Source: Paraglomus brasilianum
Lineage: Eukaryota
Length of the DNA: 64,000 nucleotides
NCBI GenBank assembly: GCA_910592345.1
Contig: CAJVPI010000042.1
Span: 1 to 64,000 of the forward strand
Direction of reading: 5' to 3'
A program made the translations under genes and the position numbers. Below the pieces are notes generated by a model. It saw nothing but the letters and a program-made list of their open reading frames with translations, was not told the DNA's origin and did no database searches. This document shows, one piece after another, positions 38,512-53,493 of the stretch. How positions within the stretch are numbered: the first letter of the stretch is position 1; each line of letters starts with the position of its first letter.

Positions 38512-40156
38512 ATGCATAAACTGTTTGATTGAGATCCATCTTAAAATCTATTCATATAACTCCTATTTATACTAGGAAAGGAATATTTGGTTTTCTGTTA
38601 AAGAAACAATGATATTTCTGGTTGTGATGAGAAGTATATACCAAGAATGTGCTATTACTATTACCTGAAAGAAAAATAAAATTAGCAGTTGAATCAAAAA
38701 TGATTTTAAAATATTCACCAGAAGAAATAATAATAAGTGCTCAAATTAAGTAGCAACAAGACAAAGGAAGAGGAAATAGAAAAGAGGTTGAAAAATTCCA
38801 ATTGACTATGTTCTAACATGCACTATTGTTTGTGAAGCAACTGATGACTTTTATCAGCTTAATTGTCATCATATTATTAGCTCAAAGGCTCTTTTATCAT
38901 TAAAAACCTTGAAGTGAAATTAGAAAGGATAAAATGTATTATTTGTCACAACAAACACCATTTTACAGATACTGATCATCAAGACATTTATAATACCGGA
39001 AACAATACAGATGCAAAAATATTTGATGAGCATGATAAACTTAAAAAACAAAAAAGAACAAGGACAGAACAAGAAAGTATGACTCTGAATTTACCTTGAG
39101 TTCAATTTGGAAATCATTAACAGTATCAAATATAAATAAATTGTCAAAACTGCTTATTAATATTGTTGTATGACGGCGGTGTTATTGTTATTGTTGTTAT
39201 TAGGTATGATCGTATATTATTAAGCACGTTGCTGGGATTTCATCGATAATCGTTTGTACAACTGATTAAGTTCGACGCTGTAAACTTGAATAAGTTCAGC
39301 ATATGCCGAAAGCTAGAAATTACCAGACTGAATTTCTACCATTAGAGAAGACATTAGAGGTCATAGTAAACGCCAGTTGAATATTTCCAATCGTAAGTTT
39401 ATTAGTTGTTTTCCATCGTATTTATTCGACCCTATAAGTATTATTCCACCGTAAGAGTTATTCCATTATTCCGTTGTCAACCAAATCCTATAGTGGAAAA
39501 TGTGCAGAAACTATTCGACCTTTGGTTGTTGATATATCTAAATTGCTACTGCGGTATAGCTATTCCCAAATCTAAATGGTCCATAGCTATTGCTAACATA
39601 TTGATTACGTCACTAAATTTACGCCAGATATTTACACGTTTGTGTAATACAATGAGAATATCACCGGTCAAATTTGGACATAAAGGTGACCGAACGTAAC
39701 AGCAACACGTTCTAATAATATTAATCGTAAATCGCTAATTAAATTCGTCGTATAACAATATTAATATAGGCAAAGGGAGTTGGAAAAGGCTTTGAATGTC
39801 TGTCTATACACAAATATTACAAGTTGATCCCACAAACTATATGGCACTGGCAAGGATCAAGTTAATAATGAACAATTTTGGAAAGCCCTGTTTGATATTG
39901 AGACAGCAATTGAAGTAAACAAAGTTTATTATTATTATAATGCTTGGTATTTAAGTTTAGTAGCACATGTAGGTTTAGTGAATAAGAAAGAAGTTGAATA
40001 AGATATCAGGCATATTAATATTATAATTAGGCATCTATTTGTGCAAAAACAAAAAAAGGAGCATTTAATGTAATTCATGAATATGTAAACAATTTGATGT
40101 GGAATGGTTAAAAATTCTTGTGAATAGTTGTCCTCATCAAGCAATACATAGTAATA

Positions 40157-40609
40157 CAGTGACACCTCTATAAGTGCACGCTCTCCCGGGACTTGACATT
40201 GTGTACACTTCTGCACTTATAGGGAGGGTGTGCACTTATAGAACAACGAATAGAAAACCAGAAAACTCTTTATCAAAATTATACTATCACATCGAAGTCA
40301 GACTATACTTTAAGAAAAATATGTGTCAATGTTAGTTTGACGCATTGAGCTTGTTTTCCTGACTTCAGCAAACTCCTCAATATTGTAAAGAGGTATATAT
40401 TTTTCCGCGTTGTCCTGTTGTAAAAGAAAGGCACGTACTATTTCCAAGCTAGCGATTGCTGTGCTAGCGCTATTAACAGGACTTTCCTTACTATCATCTA
40501 TGTCGTCTACATCCGTAATTGCTTGATCAGTATCCTTAAAGAGATATACAAGTTCGTGGTCGTTGTCGGGAACTTCATAAATATTATTCTCTTCAGGAAT
40601 GTCGAGCAA
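40157..40609 (-). mobile_element. Pogo/Tigger-like relic: TIR plus transposase C-terminal remnant
   Basis: TA|CAGTGACACCTCTATAAGTG terminus with repeated GCACTTATAG. ORF ..SASTAIASLEIVRAFLLQQ..MRQTNIDTYFS. Confidence 0.7.
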
Positions 40610-40808
40610 CTATTTACGACAACTATTTATAGTAATAAACGTTTAGTGATGCAGATAATGGCTTACTAGTAAATGATTTCTGGTTACTATAGTGATAGTG
40701 GAGTCCGTTATACTTAATTAAGTATAGGAATAAAATTTGATCGAATCGTCCATTTTTTGCTACTTGTTCCTAATAAATTACAACTTAACATAACGTCAAG
40801 TTACTTTT

Positions 40809-41125
40809 ATGGCCCTACTAATTAACTCACTATCAGCAACGGAATTTATTAGCATCGATGAGGATATAGTATATGATAAAGAAATAGCTATTAAAGAAAT
40901 AATCGATACAGTAAGTTGTGTGGAAGAGGAAAGTAAAAAACTTAGTATTGAGAAGGTGTCTGTTCGTGAAGCGCTTGAATGTTTAACGTTGTTTCAGGAT
41001 TTTACAAGTCAGAACGACTTAGATGTAGATGCAAGTTTTGTTTGAATTTGGGAAATTAAATTAAAAAAGAAAATTGTTCTTGTTGTGAAAAGCATTGAGC
41101 AGACAATTCTTGACGACTTTTTTAT
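40809..41125 (+). mobile_element. Second pogo-like transposase C-terminal remnant
   Basis: LSATEFISIDEDI..EIIDTV..VSVREALECL..QTILDDFF pattern with stops. Confidence 0.55.
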
Positions 41126-41929
41126 ATTCGCGCCTTAAAAATAGTAGATTTTCTGTCACATATTATAATCGTAAATTATAAAAATATTACTATGCCTGTT
41201 TATGTTATTTCAGAAAAAGCAGCTCTAGTACTAGAAGCTGCACTTAATAAAAGACACACGAAATTATGTTATTTCAGGAAAAAGTAAAGCAACACCATTT
41301 AGAAGAATCACATCAAACGTAATAAAAAAAACCAGACTTTGCTTGAACAGAATCCAAACTAATCTCCATCAATAAGCATTTGCAAGAAATGCTTACAGTA
41401 GTGGTCATAAGTATCCTACTCCTCCTAATTCAGGACAGGAACGATAACACTTTTCCTGCCCATAGTGTATTACAAGCCATGTTTTTTATCTGTAAAATTT
41501 CGGTTCAATTGGATGTCTCCAGCAACTCTTCAAACCCCAAATATTTTACCTTGGGATATATCACATACCACATTCAAAATTTTCGCCATAAAGATCCAAA
41601 ATTCGTATCTTAACACTTTTTTAACCAAATTTCGTAATCCTTTCTTTTTCTGCACCCATCAAAAGGCGTTCATATAATTTTAAGACTAATTATTGTGTAA
41701 TCGCTATTACAAAATGGAGACAATTATAGGACATGATGATACTGATTATATTATCCGCGTTTATCGCCAAGTATAACAACGATTTCCTTCCAATGCGACT
41801 ACACATCCAAAAACGCGTAAGTACTGATTTGACAAACAAAAATAGATTAAAACTTGTGGAATATGGATTTTTAAAGTTTATGTTCGAAATAAGCAATATG
41901 TTTTTTTCATATGTTATACAGTGTGTTAT

Positions 41930-42170
41930 AAAAGTCTTTGGACAATCAGCAATAAAATTAAAGTCTCACAGTCTCTTCCGACCAATTTATGTTGATATCA
42001 TAAGAGAACACATTTCTGAAGCTATAAGGTGCTTGGTAAGAAGTAGCAGCTCCAACAAAATCATGATTCTAGACATACAAGTAACATAGTCAAAGAATTC
42101 TTTTAAAAATAAGTTTCGACTATTATGGACTACCCTCTAACAGTCTTGATCTAAACCCTATTGAAACTTA
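41930..42170 (+). mobile_element. Tc1/IS630-family (DDE_3) transposase relic
   Basis: QQNHDSRHTSNIVKEFF..IMDYP/SNSLDLNPIE matches the Tc1 pattern QQDNDPKHTS..WPSxSPDLNPIE. Confidence 0.7.
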
Positions 42171-42361
42171 TTATGATATATAAATGGGATAATATTCTGC
42201 TAAATGTTATAAATTAATTAAATTGGGTCAGTACGACTGCTATTAATATTGCGGCCAATTTATTCTAATCATCGTTTCTTTATTAACATTAGTCCAAATG
42301 AAGAATTCTCACTGAAAATTTCTTTCTAGTTACATAAGGCGAATGAATACTAAGTTTAACT

Positions 42362-43987
42362 TTAAAAGACTGACTTTTCTGATTTTATCAGAGTCCTCAA
42401 TGCACCGAACGCTTTCGCCCCATCCTTTTCCTTTAGCGATTGCACATAAGCAAAATAGAAATAAACCTTTTTCTCGGTTAAGAAGGCTTTTCGCGAATGT
42501 GGAGTTACAGGTGGTTTGGACTCTTGTGTCTGTCGAGTTGTGTTTAAAATATGGAATATGCTATATATTTCTGACAACGCCGCAAGCACATTGTCAACAT
42601 CGGCCAACAATGTATTGATATCATTGAGTAAGATTAGAGTGAATTCGTGTGATTCCATATGTTTCTGAAGTACCAATAAAAAAGAGTCAGCTCGAATGAG
42701 ACGCATAAAAAAATCGTGTCTGATACTAGCGAAATGATGCCGAACCTGCCGAGAAAGTTGTATGCTCGCAGTCAAAGCTTCAGAAACGGTTTCGTAGACA
42801 ATAGCTTCATTCAATGCAAGCACAGGTGACAGGCTCCATATGAGATTGCATGTCTCATGCGCGTTTTCGGTTAATTCGCCATTCAAATACCGACAACTAT
42901 AAGCGTAGGCATATCTGATATATATTTAAAGACATTGTAAACGACTTTGGATATGGATTGTGAGAATAGAAGTAAATATAAAAGCAAAGGATACAATACG
43001 TTCAAAAGATTGAAAATAATCTTTGGATTGGGTGGCTTGTTAGTCAATTCTTCAAGTTTCTTAGTGACTTTCATGATTTTTGGTAGCGATATGTCCTTGT
43101 CTACGGGCAAGCTCTCATCTAACTCTATGATCACTGGTTTTTGAACTGTTTCATCATTCAGACAAGATTGTTCCCACCATGGTTTCCATAAATGTATTTC
43201 CTGTAAAAGCACACTCGGTCTGTCTGATACAAGTTTTTCAAATTCTGTGCGCTCTTGATCTGTCAAATTATTCCAGATTGATTCATATGATGCTGATTCT
43301 AATATAGTAATCCATAGCAGAATAATCTTTGCATTAGTCAACGGTGTCTTTGTGTCTAAAACTTGCAAATTACTTAACAACGAAAGAAGAATTCTCACCT
43401 ATGTCCACAGATCGAAATCTTTCAACAAAATCATTGGCATTAGTTTCTAATATATGAATAGGCAAGTCATCAAGATGTTTACACTGGATGAAAGAGCTGT
43501 CAATTCGTTTTCAAACCAAACTTACCCTCTTCTTCATCATCACTAATATCCTCCCGCCCTACCCTTCTTAAAAGCTCTAAAATCTTCTTCTTCTCTTCGT
43601 TGCTAACTCTCCGATTACTAATTTCTTGTAAGATGCTATCCTTGTAAAAAGACTCTGTGCACTGTAAATGACGCTGGGAATACAGAATGGCAAACGGAGA
43701 GTTGTTAAGATGTTACTCCTAGAAACAGAGCAAACGTTGTCTTCGTTACCAACCTCATTCTTGTAACATTCTAATGAACAATATCGCAAATTACATTTTG
43801 GGCAAGTGTACTTTGCGGTTTGCTTTCTGCAACTGCGGTTATACCAGTCTTTTCAATCAGTAAATCAATCAATTGTGACAATACATGAAAGATAAAGTCG
43901 TCGTATGATTAATTACATGCCACAAAATTGTGGATTTTGTTCGATCAAGCTCCCCTCAGAATCGTGGGTTACAATTTGCGTAGTCAT
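42362..43987 (-). CDS. ZNHIT2: Zinc finger HIT domain protein, ZNHIT2-like; multi-exon
   Basis: FCGI|CRKQTAKYTCPKCNLRYCSLECYKNE..CTESFYKDSI, IWNNLTDQERTEF, LWKPWW, IWSLSPVL. ZNHIT2 rather than ZNHIT3/6 is inferred from the C-terminal motifs. Confidence 0.85.
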
Positions 43988-44048
43988 GAGAAAAACAAAA
44001 TCATAAAATTCCGTGATGATCGATCATCGGTAAATATACATTTGACGA

Positions 44049-45228
44049 ATGGCCACAAACAGGCTAGACTTTGATGATAATAACAAAGGCAGTCTTCATT
44101 CACTGCTCACGCTAAATTCCATTAAAGAGTCTAGAGTTGTTGATGAGAAGGCTCTTGAAGAATTATTTGCTGAAAATGATAAAGACATAGCGGCTCTAGC
44201 ACAGCAAACTCGACAGGCATTGGCAGAAGAATTTTCTGGTTACCAATATGTAGAAATTCAACCGAAACCAGGATTTGTAATAAAGACGCATACTGTAGCA
44301 AAAACCGACAAATATCCTGCGAGCATGAAAGTGTTTATAAATGTTTGTTATTCGGAAAAGATTACTGCTCCGATGCAAGTTCCCGAAGATGAGATTCAGA
44401 AAGCTGTCAAAGGAGAGGAATCTACTTACACTGTACCTATGGTTGTTAGCGAACTGAGAGAAGATAAAGATAAAGGTAATGTATACTCTAGTTTTGAAAT
44501 AATATTTCAATTGTTGAAGAATCGGGGAAGTAATTTTGTTTACCTCCCAACACAGCTCAGAGGCCATGTCTCGTGTGTGATGCTGTTATTCACTTAAAGC
44601 CAATGAAAAGATCTAAGGAAGACGACAACTACAAAATATTTTTAACTGAATTGGCGCTTGCAATATTTGAAGAAAAGTTCAAAATGGAGTTAAGTCGAAG
44701 TATGTAATAACGAAGCTTGTATTTCAGTTACACGTATAAAAAAACCACTGACTGCAACTGTATAATCAATCAGGTTTGTCGTTTCCTAAATTATATTCTC
44801 AAGGACCATTGAATCCAAGAAGAGTGCCTATCCCTAAAGTGACAGAGGTAGCTTCAAAGAAACTTGACAAGTCGAATGCTACCCAAACACTTCCAAGACC
44901 AGACTTTAAGATAACTGAGAGTAAACAAAATAATACTGATACGGTCATTATGGCGATTCAGACACCATTGCAGGTACTAGTACGTGATTGTTAATATTAT
45001 AAGGAAAGGTTTGGATGATATTTTCTCACTTGCAAATTAATTTATTAACTACAGGAGTCAATAGGAAATGCAACAGTTGACGTTGAATCTTTGCGAATAA
45101 TCTTCCATTCGCCGGGGAAATATTATCTGGACGAAATACTTCCATTTCCTATCGATATAGAGTCAGCAAATGCTCGATTCATAAAACCCAAAAGAACATT
45201 AAAAATTAGAGCTAAAAGGTCAAGATAA
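44049..45228 (+). CDS. PIH1: PIH1-domain protein (PIH1D1/Nop17-like) with C-terminal CS-like domain; 4 exons
   Basis: IQPKPGFVIKT, KVFINVCYS, YTVPMVVSELREDKDK, CLVCDAVIH, LTELALAIFE, YYLDEILPFPID..ANARFIKPKRTLKI. Confidence 0.88.
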
Positions 45229-45371
45229 GGACATACTAATTATGGAGATTAACTATAGTATGTGTAACATCGATGTGTCACATGTTGATATTTTTTTCCA
45301 TGACCAAGCTCTTCTCCAAATACAAACACGAATACATTAATATTATTGCTAGGTTGCAAAAAGTAAACACG

Positions 45372-46591
<1,220 letters not shown>

Positions 46592-46815
46592 TGAATCTGC
46601 TTGTAAGAACACACAAATACATGCGTTCGGTCAAATCACATGTACTAGAAGTCTGCGGGTTTCAACATTGTCGTGTACTAAACCATTTTTATTATGAATT
46701 TCTACATTCGAGAAAAAAAAAGTACCTTTTTTTTAACCGGATCTCATCATCACTTACATTGTGTATTCACAGTTTCTACTATTGACTGGAGTGGTTCGTC
46801 GACTACATTGCTTGC

Positions 46816-49056
46816 TTATATATTTTTATCAGCCGTGATTGGTTCAACATTTGCTGTTGGCTTCTCTGTATTATGAACCTCCTTATGTCTGGTCCGCGAT
46901 GATTCCTTCTTTTTCCTTCCAGATTTTGTAGTGAAATACTAGAAGAAAAGTTTACTACCTTTTTAGCATATATAGGCTTGTTTTCTGGATATGCACCGGC
47001 ATCTTCATACCTGCTCGCGAAATAGATAATGGCCAGGTTTTCTCGTGTCACTATTACCATCTGGTTTGCCCTTCTTTTGATCATTCATGACAGCAGTTAA
47101 ACTATCCAAGGATTGAGCATTAACAACAGCATACTCCCCCGATACGTTATCCTTGAACTTTTCCATGGTTATCAATCTGCGACTCCATGACCCAAAGTTT
47201 TGCTCACTGTTCGAGATCAGCCTCAGACACGGGTGAGATGGAACGTCCGAGTCTGAATATCTAAAATGGTACTGAATTAATACACGTGACTTTAACAAAT
47301 CAATTTAGACCGGATTAACTCACTCGTCTACTATGGTTGGCAGCCAATATACTAGCCGACCACCGATAACTAAGAATTTTGCAGCAAACTCTATGAGATC
47401 GGTAAGAACTTGTGACATTTCATATGGCTTCTTTGGTGGAACATAATCGTCGTCTCTTGATTAATTAATTGGATAATGTTATTAAACCAATATTGACATT
47501 AAATCGACATACTGTCCGTTTAAAGTTACATACACCATCGGAGAACTTCCTTCGAGCAGCCTTGTCGGTTTCTTTGTCGGATCCTTCCTACCTAGAGTCT
47601 TTGCGCCAGCTCTTACACCATATGGAGCTAAAGATGTAGAATATTAATAAAATTATTGATTCATATTCAACATTTATGTCTACTTACGATCAGTCACGAT
47701 GGCGTCAAACCACGGTTCCTCTCTAAATGGATGATGACAAATGTCAAACACCAATGTATCAAGGACTCTTCCTTCCACCCGATATTGCTCGATATTAGAT
47801 TGAATAGATCTATTTTCTGACACAATATGGATGTGCATATATTAGTATATAATCCTGCTACTTTCTTGTGCATTAAGAAGGATTCAGAAGATTAAATATT
47901 TACTTTGACCGCGTATTTGTCGTCCATCAATATCAGATCCGAGAGTCAGAGCACCAAAATGTGCACATGTGACTAAAAAGCTACCAGTACCCACAAATGG
48001 GTCATATATTAGTTTATTAGGAGCTGCCTATAATAGAACGTGTTAGTACAAATCATAACAAGAAAGCATTATTATCAAGATCGCATACCAACGCCTGGTT
48101 TGCCATGATTAAAGATAACTCAGCATCCATGGTAGTATTTCCAATATATTTTCTCTTTTTCACATTGAACTTTTGGATAAGTTCACGATTTCCTGATCCA
48201 ATCTAGTCAATAATTGCATTATTACATATGTACCGATAATATCACAAAGTCCAGTTATGTTTTCCGTACTTACCAATCTTCCAAAATATATATAACGTGG
48301 TATTGAAGGCGGTAAAGGAGCATGTGGATCCATACCATAATCTTCTAAAACACCAAACTGGATCTCAGGACTGTTCAGATCTATTGGACCTTTGAATCCT
48401 AAATAAGCAAAAGAGTCGATAATATCCAATTGATAGTTGGCCGAACATGTAGATCCAAATGCCGAGACAATGAATTTAAAGGAATTCCATTCGTATGTGG
48501 GCTAATGATATCCGACGAAATTCATGTGAGGGAAAAAAAAAAGATATACACAGTACGCAAGAAAAAGCGATTAATTTACCCATTGTTCGGGATGAGCTTT
48601 CACTTGAGAATGAACTTCTTCATATGTGGAACCGGATCCCCAAAGCTCAAAGATATTTCTATAAATTTTAATAATATTGGCACGTTGACTAAAATTTAGA
48701 GAAATTGAGAACTTGATGCATAATATCATACTTGATCAATATAGCCCGTTTGACAAGACGCGCTGCTTGTTCTTCAGTTTCGGTTTTGACAATAAGAAAA
48801 GGACACTAAGAAGGTTAGATTTATCTGTTCGATGAACTCAAGTGCGTTCATGTATAACTTACATTCTTTTTATATGTATTCACGTCATATGAAAGCGCAA
48901 TGTTCTCTATTTTGGCCAGAGACTCGAGTTCCGGGATACGGAATTCCTCATGGGCTAATTTAAATTTGGTCAACAATAGTTGTCAAATTTGAGAATATAA
49001 CATTCGAGATGGGGTTTATATCTTACATTGAGCAAATTGAATAAGATAAGTTGACA
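46816..49056 (-). CDS. TRM11: tRNA (guanine-N2)-methyltransferase, m2G10; multi-exon
   Basis: YLIQFAQSHEEFRIPELESL, IIDSFAYLGFKGPIDLNSPE, KRKYIGNTTMDAELSLIMANQA, IYDPFVGTGSFL, GSDIDGRQIRG, DAIVTDPPYGVRAGAK, SEQNFGSWSRRLITMEK. Confidence 0.95.
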
Positions 49057-49212
49057 TTTCAAGTAATAAACTACAATATGCAGTTAAGCCAAATAATTTT
49101 TGCTTTACATTTAGGCGAATGGTAACACATGTTCACGTGAAACTATAATCCAATCATATCAATCATAAGATACTATAGAATTTATTAATCAATTGGTAGG
49201 TCAAGCATAACT

Positions 49213-50505
49213 TTACTTGTTATCTGAATCTTTCTTTCGTTTGCTTTTATGTGAAAGAAAAGGCTGATTGAAGACCTCTGTCAATCTTTTCACCTGAAAT
49301 AAACGCACAGAACCCGTTATAATGAGGCAACCGCGATCTTCGATGAGACAGCAAAGAGTCTCCTACCTTGTACTCGCCAAATCCAGGACACTGTGCAACA
49401 TCCTCTTCGGATGCAGCCATAATTCGCTTCAACGAACCGAACGTAGATACCAAAGTAACAACGTCGGTCTTGTTCACAGATCTCACCTGAGTCAAGCAAT
49501 GTGTCAACTTTGCAAAATAGTCATTCTCCACTCTCTCCATAATCAGATCTGGCGGTTTATGCTCAAACGCTTTATACGTCTCCAGATATCTTCCAGCTTC
49601 TTCTTGACTCCAGGCTAGCATCATAGCAAAGTTGTTTGTTATACACGTCTTTGTAAGTTCGCGAATGGCTTCTTGATGATTATCGATATCGACAAGAACA
49701 AGTAATATGCGGAGTTGAAACTGATGGGCGAGCTTTTGGATGCGTGTATAAACGTATTCGGGATGGAGGCGATGATAGCGGAGACTGAGAAAAAGAGCGC
49801 ACGTTGTCGCACCTAGAACGTAGTCAGGGACTATCTCGCCGTATTCCCATGGTACGTTACGGATATGTTGAAGCAGAGGGTTACCTCTCTGTTAACGAAA
49901 ATGCACATAGAATCAAAAGACGAAAGGATAAGAATTCATATCTTTTAATAAGACAAGCACTTTCTTCACTGATCCGACAGTTTATATAGCAAATTCTTTG
50001 CAAATCGTACCTGACATCCATTAACAACAATTGCATTCGAACTGGCCACTCTCTTTCCCAATTCTCTTCCATTTCCTGCGGTGTTTCTATCGTCAATCAA
50101 ACCACCCTTCTCTAACGCATTCTTGGCAGACGTGGTAATATGCTCAAACCGTACAGGACCTAATAATATTCCGCCAAACCATCTCGATACTACAACTGCT
50201 GCATTCTTCACGTCCAGGTTTCTTATAAAAGTTAACAGTTTGTTCCCAGCGAATTGTTCCCCATCATCGTCACAATCTTCCAAAACAGATCCATCCGTGT
50301 TGACAACTCGGTATGCGAGTATGTTGTGCGTAGCACCCTTATCGGATGATTTTATTTTCTTGTGAAAAGAGAGAGCTTCTTGTTTCGAAATTACACGTGT
50401 CGCGTGACCAGTGAAGAGGCTTTTACGGTCCTTTATTATGTCACTGTGGTAAATTGTCAGAGTCGAGGACTGGTTCGGTGACGAGGATGATGGTGTATCC
50501 GACAT
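49213..50505 (-). CDS. ERCC1: IMPACT/YigZ (UPF0029) domain fused N-terminally to ERCC1/Rad10; exons 50505-50011, 49888-49367, 49293-49213
   Basis: Exon 1: [58 protein letters not shown], then NAIVVNGCQ. Exon 2: [62 protein letters not shown]. Exon 3: [12 protein letters not shown]. Confidence 0.9.
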
Positions 50506-50775
50506 AAATCTGGTTATTATTATGTTTGTTGCTGATCATTTACTATTACTATATTAATATGCAATATTTGTATGCTGCGGATACAATAGCAAGACACTAC
50601 TATTACTATTACTATATTAATTAATATATTATCGTTATTGGAATCCTCATGCATAAATAAAATAGGCAGGTTCAAGTAACAACCACGAGCATAGTAGATA
50701 CATAGGCGATAAAGCATATTTCGAATATTTATTTTAATAGTTCACAGTATTTACTAATAGCAATAAAACCCAGAT

Positions 50776-51646
50776 TCAAAATAGTCTGAGCATCTTGCAT
50801 ACAAACAACCCAGAAACAATAGCTACATATCCAATTAAAATTTTCTTTATCATTTTACTTAACTGATACGTTAACGCTTTGTAAATTGTGAACATTCTTT
50901 TTCTCAGATCACTCGAGGAATCGACAGTGATTATTTTACGTTCTTCTTTCATCACCTCCGTCCCACTTATTCTATTTAATCTTCTCACAGTCACCAAGTT
51001 TTCTTTAGGTTCACTCTTGAATATCGCCATCCGTTCCGAGGCCGTCTCGTCCCCAAGTATTGCCTGAAAATAGACTAGATCTATTAACAACACCATGATC
51101 CCCAAGAAATGACATTGTTTTGTCGTAGATAAAGCAGAACGCTTTATAGCTCAGACGTGCAATTGTAACCCAAAACGCGATAAAGAGTGATGCGAAGAAG
51201 GCAAACGCTGCAAATGGCCCAAGGAGAAGGAATCCGGAACCGACAAGGAAGCAGTTGGTTATCGTCCAAATAACAATACCTATTTATATGCACAATGTAT
51301 AACAGTCAATTCATCATCCAATTTTTTTTTTTAATCTCGACTTGTACTTACCAGCAGCACTAGTGACAAGCAAACTACCAGCACTCCATGAAAGCCAAAT
51401 TAACACGGGTACGACAAACAGTAAAGAAAAGGCAGTCGTAAAATCGGACAACAACTGGTATCTTCTTGCTCGTTCGTATGTATGCTTGGTAAATCGTTGA
51501 AACCATGAAGGAGTTTTCTGAAATGCCAACTCGGCGCGCTTCCTCGTGCGTTCAACAATGGGGTTGATGGTTTGCTTTGTTTTCCTGGTCTTTTCTGACA
51601 ACATTTCTGGAACATCGCGAGACAGTTGATCCATGGTTGATTGCAT
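50776..51646 (-). CDS. Membrane protein with long hydrophobic hairpins, promethin/LDAF1-like; 3' end uncertain
   Basis: AFSLLFVVPVLIWLSWSAGSLLVTSAA|GIVIWTITNCFLVGSGFLLLGPFAAFAFFASLFIAFW joined by a GT..AG intron. Confidence 0.6.
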
Positions 51647-53407
51647 CGAATAGGCTTGTGTAATAGATTTAAAACTGTGGAAACAGAATTAATCGGTCGG
51701 TTGGGTGTTATATAGCAGTTGTCGGAGGAGAATGATGATGATATCTTGCAGTTTTCGTGATTCTCTCTTTGATTTGTTTTCGTAGTGATGTGAATTTATT
51801 GTCGGAAATCATTTGATATGACGTAAATATGAGGCTGATGATAACCATGAGCCAATTTGTGTGTGTCATCGGTTGTAATGGGCAACTGTTAATACCTCCC
51901 AAATATAGTTAAGCTTTAGTCACCAGTGTGATATCACATTCCAAAATAAGTCATCAACAGTACAAAAACAAACACGTAATTTCCATATGCACATTCATTC
52001 ATACCGACGTGTCGGATACTAATGATTTGAAACTCACCAGAGACAGGCATTAGTAGCAGTTTCAATTACGACGATATTTATCCAATACAGAGTGAATGAA
52101 TCCTCACAGTAATTTTGTCACATGAAAAAACGGTATGTAATGTGATGACGGTTCGTTGAATGTCTTGTTTGTTTGTGGATTTAGCGGCAGTAAGACAATG
52201 TCAGTATAAAGAAGACGCCACGATTAATTACATATGCGCGCTCGATAAATATAAGGCTTTTATGTAATATGACCAATCCCGCCAGCTTTTAAACTCTTCG
52301 TGGCATTAAGGATTATTTAAATATTCCCATTCCTTGATGCTATTGGAAAGGCTTGTCTTTGAGATTTGGCAAACTCAATTATTTTCCTATCCCGCTTATT
52401 CGTTAGAATTTGCATTATGTTCTCTGGGCACTGTACGCTGTAAATTTGATGCCCGCCCTCAAATTTAAAACGTACCGAGCAAAGCAACGATAAACTCAGA
52501 AGCCGGCGTTAGTAAGTTTGGGTTAACATTATTAATACATTACATCTGATGATATAAAGGTTACTTACTTTAAAGTCCGAATCATCGTTATATCATGGAG
52601 GAAGAAGTACTAACCAAATAAGGCTAACATATATGATGTCCTAATTATAGAAACCGCGCAAGCCGTAGTTGAATAGTAATAGGTTACACACGTAAAAATA
52701 TAAGAAATGACAGCGGAAACCCTGACAGATTTGGCAAATAGGTAAGTTAAAGAGGAGATAGGCTCTTGCAAATGAAGTGGGAAGATTTCTTTAGTGTTTG
52801 GATAAATTATACATGTCATATAATAAGATTAAAAGAAAACAATTATTTAGATTCTTTGCTTTAAATTTCTTCAACTTTTCGTTTCTTTCTTGGTTCACCA
52901 TAAGTTGGTGTTAATGCTCGTTTATTGGATTCTATTTTTTGTTATTCTTCTTGATAAATTTCATAAGCGATTTTTTTTTCTTTATCTATAGACGTTCCTC
53001 GATCGAGAATTTTGATGCCATTCGTATGATCAATTTTTTCTCCTTGAGCTTCCTTTAAAATGCTTCTAATTTTTGGGTTCCATGGTGGATTTAATGTAAA
53101 TTAGTTTCATATTTATATTTTATATAGAGATAATCCTATATTACGCATATTTAATATGTAATTTTTAGATAGTAATAGAAGTTTGCTACATAAAATTTGT
53201 GTACAGGTTATCGCTGTGATAATCAAAATGTTGTTAGGCGAATTAATTAACTTTCAGCCTCTCATTTATGTCACATAATGAAATGTTCACTTAATGTCTG
53301 TACTTCTGGATAGGCTTTATTATTATTGGCAGATAAGAAAATGCAACTACAGATAATTCAACCGCTGGTTACGGAACATTTTTTGACATTTATTATTATT
53401 CTATTGT

Positions 53408-53493
53408 AAGTAACTGACGATAATTCGACTTGTACGTTAATTCGATCGATAACCTCGGAACGCAAGCGGTCGAATTATAGGCAGTTGACTGTA
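53408..53493. mobile_element. Tiny degenerate pogo-type MITE
   Basis: The right end reads TA|CAGTCAACTGCCTATAATTCGAC on the minus strand; the left end AGTAACTGACGATAATTCGAC is a degenerate match. Confidence 0.4.
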
